DNA from: Alphaproteobacteria bacterium
Lineage (GTDB): Bacteria; Pseudomonadota; Alphaproteobacteria; UBA8366; JADFVY01
Assembly: GCA_041584475.1 (NCBI GenBank)
Contig: JBFHDX010000002.1
Location: 13,309-77,308 of the forward strand
Direction: 5' to 3'
DNA: 64,000 bases
Of the stretch, positions 45,235 to 55,424 are shown piece by piece. Within the stretch, counting starts at the first letter, position 1. Each line of letters opens with the position of its first letter. A model generated the notes under the pieces. It ran no database searches. It worked only from the letters and a program-made list of their open reading frames with translations, and was not told the origin of the DNA. The translations under genes and the position numbers were made by a program.

Positions 45235-46082
45235 CGCGCGATTTCCAGCGGAGCGGCCACCGTTCCTGTCTCGAGCGGCGGCCAGCCGTGCGTCTCCTTT
45301 GCGGCGAAGCGGCACCAGGCGTACAGCGCATCATAGAGCAGCAGGCCCTGCTCGAGCATGACCTGATCGTCCGGCTGTATCGCCGACAGGCCGAGCGACA
45401 TCGCCAGCAGGCCGGCAGCCTGCGGCGCGAGATCGAGGCGGCCGGTGTCGGCCCCGCGGACGATCACGGCGAGCTGCCGGAGCGCGGGATCGTGCACGTC
45501 GAACCGCTCGAGGAAGGCATCGAAGCTGCACCGGTCGCCGACATGGGAGAACTCCACGTCCGGGATGTCGAACGGAACGGCCCCGAGTTCGACCGCCGCG
45601 TCGCGCACCCATTCGGCATCGACGAAATGGATCGCCGCGTCGCGGTCGACGAAGCGCCGGATGAACCAGGGGCAGGCGATGCGGTCGATCTTCGGACGCG
45701 CGCGCGTGATCCAGCGGCTCGGCGTTCGCTCCTCGCGCACCGGCAGGACACCGCGTCGGATCAGCGGTCCGCCGGCGGCGCGATAGGCCTCGACGCCGCC
45801 CTCGAGATAGCGGGCATCGATGCCGGTCGAGCGCAAGAGCGCCGCTGCCGCCTGGCTGACCTGGTGCCCGTGCACGCAGTAAACCACGACGGGTCCCCAC
45901 AATGCAGGCTTCTCCTCGGCGCCGACCGGCGCCTTGTGGTTGCGCCAGCGCGCGGTCGGAATGACGTCGGCGGCGGCCTCGAAGGCATCGCGCCGGCGCA
46001 CGTCGAGGATGATCGGACAGTCGGCGCCGCCGATCTTGCCGATCAGTTCGGAGGGGGTGATCGATGTATTGAACGCGCCCAT
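45231..46082 (-). CDS. chrB: Rhodanese-ChrB_C chromate resistance protein
   Basis: N-terminal rhodanese (DVRR, YCVHGHQVS, YLEGG) plus WITRARPKIDRIACPWFIRRFVD, FDIP, CSFD, YDALY. Confidence 0.9.
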   Translation of the reverse strand: MGAFNTSITPSELIGKIGGADCPIILDVRRRDAFEAAADVIPTARWRNHKAPVGAEEKPALWGPVVVYCVHGHQVSQAAAALLRSTGIDARYLEGGVEAYRAAGGPLIRRGVLPVREERTPSRWITRARPKIDRIACPWFIRRFVDRDAAIHFVDAEWVRDAAVELGAVPFDIPDVEFSHVGDRCSFDAFLERFDVHDPALRQLAVIVRGADTGRLDLAPQAAGLLAMSLGLSAIQPDDQVMLEQGLLLYDALYAWCRFAAKETHGWPPLETGTVAAPLEIAR

Positions 46083-46174
46083 GAGCTTGACCTCCGCTGT
46101 CACGGAGCGTTAGCCGGTGCTTGGGCGTTGGGCGCCTTGGAAAAGCCGGGAGACCGCCATATCCCGACCGGCGC

Positions 46175-46203
46175 ATATTAGTCCCGCAGTGACGGTTGCG
46201 CAA
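46175..46203 (-). promoter_or_regulatory. Sigma70-like promoter of chrB-chrA
   Basis: TTGCGC-N17-TAATAT on the minus strand, about 90 nt upstream of the ATG. Confidence 0.6.
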
Positions 46204-46297
46204 TTGCGATCAATTGGTCGTAGCGGACGCCGGCAGCCCCGGGCCGACAGGAAATCGATCGCTGTCCCGTCATGCGAAATCGTCTGCCGCTGGCGGA

Positions 46298-47143
46298 TCA
46301 GCGCAGCGCGGAGACATAATTGATCGGCGCATGATCGGTCAGTTCGCGCGGCAGGTTCCGGCCGATCCGGGTCGCCGTGCGGATACCGTCCCAGTTCAGC
46401 GAGTCGGCCAGCAGCGTGGCGAGCCCCTGATGTCGCGGCGCGCGCCGGCTGACCCGGCCGTCGGTGTCGATGAGGTGGGGCGTGCCGACGTGCCGGTAAC
46501 CGAGTCGCGCCGACGGCACGCGGCAGACGATGTCGCGATTGTTGACGTAGCGACACATCTCGCCCGGGCGGCGCACCATGTTCGCGCGAAACGCCGAGTC
46601 GCCGACCCGCGGTGAACCGAAGGTGATGAGCACGGCATCGGGGACGAGGCTCGCCGCCAGCGTCGCCAGCGCCGCGCCGAGACTGTGGCCGCTGAACAGG
46701 AGCGGCGCCCGGGTCTCGCGCAGCGCAGCCTGCACCACGGGCCATGTGGTATCGAGTGCCGCAGCGAAGCCGCTATGGACCCTGCCGCCGCCCCGCCAGG
46801 ACACCGGGCGAACGTCGAGGTTGGTGATCCAGGCTCGGACGTCGTCGGAGCCGCGGAAGACGAGAATCGAAAACGCCGCCCCTTCGGCGAGCAAGCCTTC
46901 GGTTCCGTCGTGCGCGAAAACGGCGACCAGCCGGAAGCCGACCCGCGCCAGGCTGCTTTCGATCGTTGCCCGATCGTCGCAGTAGGCGAGGCGAGCGAAT
47001 TCCGCGCACCAGGCGGCGCGGCTGCGCGGCCGGTGGAGCCGAAAGAATTTCCCCGCGGCGGCCGGGTCGGCGACGGCGCGCAGGCTGGAATCGTAATCTA
47101 TTCCCGTTGCTTCCACGCGTGTCATGGACCGTGCGACCGTCAT
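46298..47143 (-). CDS. Lipase class 3 family alpha/beta hydrolase
   Basis: VFRGS, VHSGF, SGHSLGAALA nucleophile elbow, TFGSPRVG, DIVCRVP, DH..INY. Confidence 0.9.
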   Translation of the reverse strand: MTVARSMTRVEATGIDYDSSLRAVADPAAAGKFFRLHRPRSRAAWCAEFARLAYCDDRATIESSLARVGFRLVAVFAHDGTEGLLAEGAAFSILVFRGSDDVRAWITNLDVRPVSWRGGGRVHSGFAAALDTTWPVVQAALRETRAPLLFSGHSLGAALATLAASLVPDAVLITFGSPRVGDSAFRANMVRRPGEMCRYVNNRDIVCRVPSARLGYRHVGTPHLIDTDGRVSRRAPRHQGLATLLADSLNWDGIRTATRIGRNLPRELTDHAPINYVSALR

Positions 47144-47441
47144 TTCTGCTTCCGTTCGTCTTTCTTCCCGTGCGGGACGCGAGGGCCGTTCCCGATCGAC
47201 CCCTGTCGCGGGCGACTATAGCGCAGGTGCCGAGGGACGTGATCTGCCCCGTGTCGGGATCATCCCGGCGCGGCACGTCGCGGCGAATGGGCGATGCCGC
47301 ATTGCGCGGGCGTCGAGTTGAATCGATGCCGGCATGTCCGTACGATGCGACACCGACCGGTTGAGAGAGCCATCGAAAAGACGACCGTTTCGTGCCGGCG
47401 GTATTCGTTCGGCGGCGCGATCGACGGCAGGGAGATACCAA

Positions 47442-47912
47442 GTGCATGTCACGCGAGTCCTGTGTCCGCTGTTCGTGCTTTCCTTGGCTGCCGCCTGCGC
47501 CGGCTACGAACCCCTGCAGCCGCAGCCGCTCGACCAGGATTACCGTTACCTCAAGCTCAACTGGACCAGCGGCAAGACCACGCTGATCGCGCTGCGAGCC
47601 TTCGAGCATGAGGGCAATCTGTCGGTCTGCGGCGCCTACACGACGGACATCGGCACTTTCGAACGCCAGATCCGGCGCAAGTACTTCGATACCACCAACC
47701 TGTTCATCGGCGAGGATCGGATCGGGCCGATGTCGTTCACGCGCGAGATCACGGTACCCGAACTGAAGATGATGCAGGACGCCGAGACGGTCCCGAGTGC
47801 CATCAGGGCGCTCAAGGCCAATTGCGTGCGGACGACGCGGCCCTGGGAGGCCCGGTACGAGAGCGAGGAACTGGGGATCAGGGGCCCGAGCCGCATCGTC
47901 GTCCACGACTGA
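47442..47912 (+). CDS. Hypothetical lipoprotein
   Basis: Hydrophobic leader ending LAAAC; gene-like codon usage; start uncertain. Confidence 0.65.
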   Translation: MHVTRVLCPLFVLSLAAACAGYEPLQPQPLDQDYRYLKLNWTSGKTTLIALRAFEHEGNLSVCGAYTTDIGTFERQIRRKYFDTTNLFIGEDRIGPMSFTREITVPELKMMQDAETVPSAIRALKANCVRTTRPWEARYESEELGIRGPSRIVVHD

Positions 47913-47982
47913 GCCGGACCGCGCACTGCCCCGCGCCGACGCGCCGAGCCGCCGCGGCCCGCACCTCGCGCGAAATCGTCGC

Positions 47983-49428
47983 CTAGGCGACGCGGACGAT
48001 GCCGCTCATGCCGGACATCTGGTGCTCAAGAATATGGCAATGGAACATCCAGTCTCCGGGATTGTCCGCAACGAAGCCGATCTCTACCGATTGCTGCGGG
48101 GGTATCAGCACCGTGTCGAGCCATTCGCCCCGCAGATTCGGCTCGTCATTGCGTCGCAGGACGCGGAACGCATGACCGTGCAGATGCATCGGGTGCTCCC
48201 AGCCGGTCTCGTTGCGCAGCGTGACGATGCAGGTTCTCCCGAGCTCGACCGTGAACAGCGGCGATTCGGCGTGGCCCTTGGCGGGCAGGCCGTTCAGGAA
48301 CCAGAATTGGCGGTCGCGCAGAAAACGGTCCGCATTCGGCGGCATGCGCCCCATCGCGCCGCCTTCGAGAAGCAGCGTCTCGCGCTGCGCCTGGTCGTCG
48401 ACGACCGGTTCCGGGAGCGGATTGCGCGGCAGCGCTATCGGTGCGTCGAGCGGTGAATCGCGCAGCGGCGCCTCGCTCGAATAGACGATGTCGACGAAGC
48501 GGTAGGCCCGGCCACGATAGTAGCTGTCGGCGATGGACACGCGGTCGCCGGGGCGGCCGCCCATGTCGATGACCAGGTCGACCCGCTGCGCCGCCGCCAG
48601 GACGACGCGTCCGCCGGGCGGCTGGTACGGCGCAACGGGCTGGCCGTCGAGCGCGATGACGTGCGGGCGAAGTTCGGCGAAATCGAGCCCGAACGTCCGC
48701 GCGTTCGAGACGTTGACCAGGCGCAGCCGAACGCGCTCGCCCGAGCGCACCGCAAATTCGTCGGGAATGGTTCCGTTCAAGGTGATGGTGTTGCCCAGCC
48801 TGCCGCCGTGGCTCATATGCATCGGGTGGCCAAAACCGGCGTCGATCTGCGCGGTATCGACGAGCAGCCAGTCGTCGAGCACCCAGACGACGTCGCGATC
48901 GACGCGCAACGGCTCGGGTTCCTCGACGACAAGCGCGCCGGACAGGCCGCGGCCCACCTGCTCCGCACTGTTCGCGTGCGGGTGATACCAGAATGTGCCA
49001 GCATCCACGGCGCCGAACTCGTACACGAATTCTCCGCCGGGCGGGATTGGTTCCTGCGTGAGGTCCGGCACGCCGTCCATCGCGAAGGGGAGGCGCACGC
49101 CGTGCCAGTGTATCGTCGTCGCCTCGGCGAGTTCGTTGCGCGCCGTCAGGCGGACGGTGTCGCCCTGGCGGACGCGGATCTCGGGGCCGGGCACGATGCC
49201 GTTATACGCCCACACGGCGGTGTCCGGCCACTCGCCCCCGACAAGCGGCACGATCGCGGGCGCGGCGGTCAGTCGAATACGGCGAAGTCCTCGGGCGGCG
49301 ACCGGAGCCGCATCCGGAAACATCGGCGCCACGCCCGCGGCCAGCGCGATGCCCAGCAAGCGGCGGCGCGATATTCCCGCGGGCGAAGCGGTCGTGCCGG
49401 GGGATTCGGTCAGGATCCCGGTCGGCAT
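47983..49428 (-). CDS. Tat-exported multicopper oxidase
   Basis: SRRRLL Tat motif, HWHG, WYHPH, HPMHLHGH, HCHILEHQMSGM. Confidence 0.95.
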   Translation of the reverse strand: MPTGILTESPGTTASPAGISRRRLLGIALAAGVAPMFPDAAPVAARGLRRIRLTAAPAIVPLVGGEWPDTAVWAYNGIVPGPEIRVRQGDTVRLTARNELAEATTIHWHGVRLPFAMDGVPDLTQEPIPPGGEFVYEFGAVDAGTFWYHPHANSAEQVGRGLSGALVVEEPEPLRVDRDVVWVLDDWLLVDTAQIDAGFGHPMHMSHGGRLGNTITLNGTIPDEFAVRSGERVRLRLVNVSNARTFGLDFAELRPHVIALDGQPVAPYQPPGGRVVLAAAQRVDLVIDMGGRPGDRVSIADSYYRGRAYRFVDIVYSSEAPLRDSPLDAPIALPRNPLPEPVVDDQAQRETLLLEGGAMGRMPPNADRFLRDRQFWFLNGLPAKGHAESPLFTVELGRTCIVTLRNETGWEHPMHLHGHAFRVLRRNDEPNLRGEWLDTVLIPPQQSVEIGFVADNPGDWMFHCHILEHQMSGMSGIVRVA

Positions 49429-50672
49429 TCCGGCTTGGCTTCGAGGATCGAGCAATTGCCGAATGTGCACGCCTTGCGCGCGGATTCACAGGCGGGACCA
49501 ACCTGCTGCAACATGAATTGGGCGCCCGACTTGATCGACCAGAGCGCCACGCTGTTCGGCGCCAGGGCGATTCCCGCATCGGCATCCGCCCGCGCTTTCT
49601 CGAACGAAGCGGACGCCTCGCTCGCCCGGCCCCGGCCCAGCAGATCCTCGCCGCGCGTGAAATACATCTGTGCCCGCGCGTTATAGCTTTCCGCCGTAGG
49701 CTTGACGGCAAGCGAGCGGTCGAGCGCCGCCAGCGCCTCTTCCGGTCGGCCCATGAGCGAGAGGGCCGCACCGCGCAGGTAGAACGGTTCGGCCAGGGCT
49801 TCCGAGTTGGGGCCGAGCTTGCGCGTGCCGATGTCGATGCTCTTGTCGATCGCCGCGAGCGCATCTTCGGGTCTGCTCAGCTGCAGCAGCGCGATGCCGC
49901 GCAGCATGTGGGCGGCTCCGAAATCCGGCGCCGCGGCAATGGCGTCGTCGAACGAAGCCACCGCCTGTTCGAGCTGATTCTGTGCCAGATACTGGCGACC
50001 CTGGCGGAAGCTGAGCTTCGCCTTGTCGGCGCTGTTGCCGTCGGCCGGCGACTCCTTCGCCAGCATCTGCTTGCGCTCGGCGGGCGACGCGGCGATCACC
50101 GCCATCGCCTCGGCCCGGGTCCGGCCGACGAGCAGGGGTTCGGACGAGGCAACGATCATGCCGTCGGCACCGCCCTCGATAACGGCGAGGATCCTCACGC
50201 TGCGATCGCCCGCCTTGGCATCGAGGACCGTGAAGATATAGTCCCCCGGCTTGGCATCGATGGATACGTCGACCATGTCGGCCGCCGAGCCGAGCATCCC
50301 GAGCGTAAGATCATGCGATCCGGGCGGCAGCATCAGGCTGCCGAATTCGTCCCCCGCGGGTTTCGCGGTGATCAGCGTTCCACGATCGTCGCGGCGGACC
50401 GGGTTGCCGCCGACGGCGGCGATGATCACGTCGCCCTCGGGACGGATGACGACGGTAGCGCCGTTCGTGCCCGCCGGAGCGTAGGGGCGTGTCGCCGTGC
50501 CCGCCGAGCGCTTCTCGGTTGCCGCGCCCGCCTGCTGCGCGCCGGCCTGCTGTGCGGCCGTCTGCTGCGCCTGCCCGGCGTCCGGTCCGGCGCTTCCCCC
50601 CTGTGTTTGGCACGCCGCGAGCGCAAGGCTCCCAACCGCTAGGGCAATGGCGCGCCCGATCTGGTTTCTCAT
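49410..50672 (-). CDS. TPR-repeat lipoprotein
   Basis: Lipobox LAAC, Gln/Ala linker, C-terminal TPR repeats ending ACESARKAC..GNC. Confidence 0.8.
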   Translation of the reverse strand: MRNQIGRAIALAVGSLALAACQTQGGSAGPDAGQAQQTAAQQAGAQQAGAATEKRSAGTATRPYAPAGTNGATVVIRPEGDVIIAAVGGNPVRRDDRGTLITAKPAGDEFGSLMLPPGSHDLTLGMLGSAADMVDVSIDAKPGDYIFTVLDAKAGDRSVRILAVIEGGADGMIVASSEPLLVGRTRAEAMAVIAASPAERKQMLAKESPADGNSADKAKLSFRQGRQYLAQNQLEQAVASFDDAIAAAPDFGAAHMLRGIALLQLSRPEDALAAIDKSIDIGTRKLGPNSEALAEPFYLRGAALSLMGRPEEALAALDRSLAVKPTAESYNARAQMYFTRGEDLLGRGRASEASASFEKARADADAGIALAPNSVALWSIKSGAQFMLQQVGPACESARKACTFGNCSILEAKPECRPGS

Positions 50673-50853
50673 CGCGGGACATCCCGTTTCGTGTCGGACA
50701 TGCGCCATGATATGCGCTCGTCGGGGCGCGACCGCAAGCCCGGGCCGATGTGTTGGCGGTCGGGCCCGCGATCTGCTATCACCTCGGACAGTTCCGGGGG
50801 CCGTCCCCGCCACCCGATTCAGCTGTCCGAAAATCCGGCAGGAGGCGCCTGAC

Positions 50854-52308
50854 ATGCAGCTCGAGGACCAGAGTCTTTTCCGTCAGAAATGCTATATCGA
50901 CGGCGCGTGGACCGACGCCGACGACGGCGCGACCATCGACGTCGACAACCCTGCGACGCGTGAGATCATCGGCACCGTGCCGCGCCTGGGCGCGAACGAG
51001 ACGCGTCGGGCGATCGAGGCGGCGAACACGGCGTGGCCGGCCTGGCGGGCCCGGACGGCGAAAGACCGTGCCGGAATCCTGCGGCGCTGGCACGATCTGA
51101 TGCTCGAGAACCAGGAGGACCTCGCCGTCCTGATGACGACGGAGCAGGGCAAGCCGCTGGCGGAGTCGCGGGGCGAGATCGTCTACGCGGCGTCGTTTCT
51201 CGAATGGTTCGCCGAGGAGGGCAAACGGGCCTATGGCGACGTCATACCGTCGCACATGGCCGACCGCAGGATCGTCGTCCTGAAGGAGCCGGTGGGGGTC
51301 TGCGCCTCGATCACGCCGTGGAATTTCCCGTCGGCGATGATCGCGCGCAAGGTCGGCCCGGCGCTCGCGGCCGGTTGCACGATGGTCGCCAAACCCGCGA
51401 CCGCGACGCCCTATTCCGCACTCGCCATGGCCGAGCTTGCGGAGCGGGCCGGCATGCCGAAGGGCGTGTTCAGCGTGGTCACCGGCGGGGCTCGCGAGAT
51501 CGGCGGCGAGATGACGTCGAACCCGATCGTCCGCAAGCTCACCTTCACCGGGTCGACCGAGATCGGCAAGAAGCTGATCGAACAATGCGCCGGCACGGTG
51601 AAGAAGGTCAGCATGGAGCTGGGCGGCAACGCCCCCTTCATCGTGTTCGACGACGCCGACCTCGATGCCGCGGTCGAGGGCGCGGTCGCCTCCAAGTACC
51701 GCAACGCGGGGCAGACCTGCGTCTGCGCCAACCGGCTGCTCGTGCAGGACGGCATCTACGATGCCTTCGCCGAGAAGCTGGCCGAAGCCGTCGCCCGGAT
51801 GAAGGTCGGCAACGGGCTCGAAGAGGGCGTGCAGCAGGGGCCGCTCATCGACGTCGCCGCGGTCGAGAAGGTCGAGGAGCACATCCGCGACGCGGTCGGC
51901 AAGGGGGCGCGGGTCGTCGTCGGCGGCAGCCGGCATTCGCTCGGCGGGACCTTCTTCGAACCGACGGTCCTCGCGGACGTGACCACGGACATGCGGGTCA
52001 CCCGGGAGGAGACGTTCGGTCCGCTGGCGCCGCTGTTCCGCTTCCGCACCGAGGCCGAGGCGATCGAGATGGCGAACGACACGGAATACGGGCTCGCCTC
52101 GTACTTCTACAGCTGCGATCTCGGCCGCGTCTGGCGCGTGTCGGAGGGTCTCGAATACGGCATCATCGGCGCCAATGTCGGCATCATCTCGACCGAGATC
52201 GCGCCGTTCGGCGGCATGAAGGAGTCCGGTATCGGGCGCGAGGGCTCTAAATACGGCATCGACGAGTTTCTCGAGATCAAATACGTCTGCATGGGCGGGA
52301 TCGCCTAG
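50854..52308 (+). CDS. gabD: NAD(P)-dependent succinate-semialdehyde dehydrogenase
   Basis: ITPWNFPSAM, FTGSTEIG, ELGGNAPFIVF, RNAGQTCVC, EETFGP, GREGSKYG. Confidence 0.95.
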   Translation: MQLEDQSLFRQKCYIDGAWTDADDGATIDVDNPATREIIGTVPRLGANETRRAIEAANTAWPAWRARTAKDRAGILRRWHDLMLENQEDLAVLMTTEQGKPLAESRGEIVYAASFLEWFAEEGKRAYGDVIPSHMADRRIVVLKEPVGVCASITPWNFPSAMIARKVGPALAAGCTMVAKPATATPYSALAMAELAERAGMPKGVFSVVTGGAREIGGEMTSNPIVRKLTFTGSTEIGKKLIEQCAGTVKKVSMELGGNAPFIVFDDADLDAAVEGAVASKYRNAGQTCVCANRLLVQDGIYDAFAEKLAEAVARMKVGNGLEEGVQQGPLIDVAAVEKVEEHIRDAVGKGARVVVGGSRHSLGGTFFEPTVLADVTTDMRVTREETFGPLAPLFRFRTEAEAIEMANDTEYGLASYFYSCDLGRVWRVSEGLEYGIIGANVGIISTEIAPFGGMKESGIGREGSKYGIDEFLEIKYVCMGGIA

Positions 52309-52458
52309 ATGCGCCGGCTACCGCCGACAACGGTTCGAATCGGTGCACTGACGCGATTGTGAGGCGGTCGGGGTTCCGATCGCGCCGGCAACGGCCTATG
52401 TAGACCGGCACGCGAGCGTTGCGAGGCCTCCGGGCCGCGCGGGCCATGGAGGGACACG

Positions 52459-53835
52459 GTGGGCAGCTACGACTACGACCTGTTCGTCATCGGTGCCGGC
52501 TCGGGCGGGGTCCGGGCGGCGCGGACGGCAGGCGCGCTGGGCGCGAAGGTAGCGATCGCCGAGGACCGCTTCTACGGCGGAACCTGCGTCAATGTGGGCT
52601 GCGTACCGAAGAAGCTGCTGGTCTACGCCGCGCACTTCGCCGAGGAGTTTGAGGACGCCGCGGGTTTCGGCTGGCGCGTCGACAGCAGCGCCTTCGACTG
52701 GCCGACGCTGATCGCCAACAAGGACGCCGAGATCGCCCGCCTCAACGGGATCTACGAGCGACTCCTGAAGAACGCCGGCGTCGAGATCTTCGACGGCCGC
52801 GCGACCGTCGCCGACGCGCATGCCATCGAGGTGCTCGGGCGCCGGGTGAGCGCGCGGCACATCCTGGTCGCCACCGGGGGACGGCCCTTCCTGCCCGAGT
52901 TTCCGGGCCACCAGCACGCGTCGGTCTCCGACGACATGTTCCACCTCGAGCGGTTGCCGAAGCGGCTCGTCGTCGTCGGCGGCGGCTACATCGCCGTCGA
53001 GTTTGCGGGCATCTTCAGCGGGCTCGGCACCGAAGTCACGCAGCTCTACCGCGGCCCGCACTTCCTGCGCGGATTTGATGACGACGTGCGGCATTTTCTG
53101 TGCGACGAGATGCGCAAAAAGGGAATCAACGTCCGCTTCAACGCCACCATCGAGCGCATCGAGAAGCGCGGCGGCGATCTCTGCGCCGAGCTCGCGGACG
53201 GCTCCGAGATCCCGGCGGACCTCATCCTCTACGCCACCGGCCGCGTCCCGAACAGCGCCGGGCTCGGGCTCGAGGACGCGGGCGTGACGCTCGCCGCCAA
53301 CGGCGCCGTCGAGGTCGACGACTCGTTCCGCACCGCGGTGCCGTCGATCCACGCCATCGGCGACGTCATCGACCGCGTGCAGCTGACGCCCGTCGCGCTC
53401 GCCGAGGGCATGTGGCTGGCGCACACCCTGTTCGGCGAGGCGCCGCCGCCCTTCGACTACGCCGACATCCCGAGCGCCGTGTTCAGCCAGCCGACGATCG
53501 GCACCGTCGGGCTGACCGAGGCGCAGGCGCGCGAGCGCTGCGCCGCGGTGGACATATACACGTCCGAGTTCCGGCCGCTGAAGCACACGCTGAGCGGCCG
53601 CGACGAGCGCACCCTGATGAAGCTGGTGGTCGACCGCGACAGCGATCGCGTCGTCGGCGCGCACATGGTCGGGCCCGACGCGGGCGAGATCATCCAGGGG
53701 ATCGGCATCGCCATCAAGTGCCGCGCCACCAAGGCGCAGTTCGACGCCACGATCGGCATCCACCCGACCTCGGCCGAGGAATTCGTCACCATGCGCGAGC
53801 CGGTGCTGCGCGCCGCCGACAAGGCGGCGGAGTAG
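52459..53835 (+). CDS. gor: Glutathione-disulfide reductase
   Basis: [34 protein letters not shown]. Confidence 0.95.
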   Translation: MGSYDYDLFVIGAGSGGVRAARTAGALGAKVAIAEDRFYGGTCVNVGCVPKKLLVYAAHFAEEFEDAAGFGWRVDSSAFDWPTLIANKDAEIARLNGIYERLLKNAGVEIFDGRATVADAHAIEVLGRRVSARHILVATGGRPFLPEFPGHQHASVSDDMFHLERLPKRLVVVGGGYIAVEFAGIFSGLGTEVTQLYRGPHFLRGFDDDVRHFLCDEMRKKGINVRFNATIERIEKRGGDLCAELADGSEIPADLILYATGRVPNSAGLGLEDAGVTLAANGAVEVDDSFRTAVPSIHAIGDVIDRVQLTPVALAEGMWLAHTLFGEAPPPFDYADIPSAVFSQPTIGTVGLTEAQARERCAAVDIYTSEFRPLKHTLSGRDERTLMKLVVDRDSDRVVGAHMVGPDAGEIIQGIGIAIKCRATKAQFDATIGIHPTSAEEFVTMREPVLRAADKAAE

Positions 53836-53869
53836 CGCAAGCCCGGGCCCCGACCGCCGGCGGGTCGGC

Positions 53870-55042
53870 TTACGATCGCGCCAGCTTCCGCAGCAGCGCC
53901 GCCGCCCGGTCGTGATCGGCGATGCCGACGAATCCGGTCCGCTCCGTCGGCACGCGCCAGAGCATGGGCGTCAGCCTGAATAGCAGCCACAGATTGGCCG
54001 GGATCGACGCGAACATGACGTCGGCCCGGCCCGAATATCCGTAGACGCCGCGCGAGATCGCGTCGAGGTCGGACGCATGGAACGAGCGCACGCAGCGTCG
54101 CGGAAACGCGTCGATGATCGCGGCCCGACGGTCGGTGATCAGGTAGAGCCTCGCGCGCGCCCGCGCCGACGCGAAGACCGGAACCGAGAACAGGGCGCCG
54201 CCGAGCAGCCAGAACGGCAGCAGCGGGACCATCTCGAGCGCCGGCACCGGCGCGGTCAGGGACATCGCGGTCGGGAACGTCGCAAGGACGGCGCCGAACA
54301 GACCGTGGATCAGGTAGCGCCGGACCGCGATCCCCGGTGCCGGGCGGCCGGCCCACGCGAGGACCTCGTCGAGATCGAGTTCCGCGCGCAGGATCCGGGT
54401 GGCGGCGGCGTCCGGCGCCGGGGCGGACGGCCCCGCCCGGGCGCGACGCCTGGCCGCCGGGCCGTCGGCGGCGACGCCGTGTTTCAGCCGCTGCAGATGG
54501 TGCTCGACGCGGCGCAGCTGCGGCACGCCGAAGAAACCGGTCCGGCTCGGCATGCCGAGGGCGAAGAGCGCGAGGATGGCGGGCGGGGCAGACTCACGAA
54601 ACACGATGTCGCCGGACCCGTCGCCGCGTTCCCACTTCAGAAACGACGTCATGTCCGCGCCGGCGCAGCTGTCGACGCGGCGACCGCGCACGATCATGGC
54701 GCGCCGGTCGGTGACCGCGTAGACCGTCCGACCTGCCCCCAGGGCGGCCCAGAGCGGCGCGCTGAGCATCGCCAGCGCGAGCAGGCTGTTGGCCAGCGCG
54801 GCGGCGGGCAATACCGAATCGCGCAATATCGCATCGAAGGGCTCGGCGCCGCCGTCTCTCCAGACAATCGCGGTGATCTCCGCGGCGCCCACGCTCCAGG
54901 CGACGGTGAAGGCGAGCAGGAACAAGCCCGTCACGGCGACGGGCCATCGCCGCCGCGCGAGGGCCGCGGGGTCCGGCCGCCCCGCCCAGAGCAGCGCCTC
55001 GCCGTCGCGCGTCTCGCGCTGCGCTATGCCATATGTCTCCAT
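53870..55042 (-). CDS. Membrane protein with two tandem TM+PH-like repeats
   Basis: Internal duplication: E.L.WAGRP, 2 TM, Y..TDRRA.I, and RTGF.G each occur twice. Confidence 0.7.
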   Translation of the reverse strand: METYGIAQRETRDGEALLWAGRPDPAALARRRWPVAVTGLFLLAFTVAWSVGAAEITAIVWRDGGAEPFDAILRDSVLPAAALANSLLALAMLSAPLWAALGAGRTVYAVTDRRAMIVRGRRVDSCAGADMTSFLKWERGDGSGDIVFRESAPPAILALFALGMPSRTGFFGVPQLRRVEHHLQRLKHGVAADGPAARRRARAGPSAPAPDAAATRILRAELDLDEVLAWAGRPAPGIAVRRYLIHGLFGAVLATFPTAMSLTAPVPALEMVPLLPFWLLGGALFSVPVFASARARARLYLITDRRAAIIDAFPRRCVRSFHASDLDAISRGVYGYSGRADVMFASIPANLWLLFRLTPMLWRVPTERTGFVGIADHDRAAALLRKLARS

Positions 55043-55424
55043 CGGATGTCGTCCGGCGTCACAGGCAGGCCCGGTTCCCTGCGCCAAAACCAACCAGGCG
55101 TCCCGCCATCGATCGTATCGACGATGACGGGCCGGGGCGACGCGCCGACGATCTTACCACAGCCCCGGCCGTGCGGGCGAGCCTGCCGCCCGCGTTCGGA
55201 TCGGCGAGGCCGCGGTCCTCCGTCGCCGCGCCGGACACGGCAGGAGAACGGGCATCGTGCGCGCGTCCCGCCCCGACGGCGCCGCCTGCCGATTCGCTGC
55301 GCTGCGGCATTTTCTGTGGAAAACTTGTGCCCGAAATCGTATATCGGCTGTTTCGCGACGGGCAGCGCACCAATATTTCTCGACAACGACCCGGCGCGCA
55401 GGGACAGAGACGGAGGACGATACG

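Noticed and set aside
55315-55323. Single DnaA-box match TGTGGAAAA upstream of the DAHP synthase
   Set aside because: An isolated 9-mer that could occur by chance.
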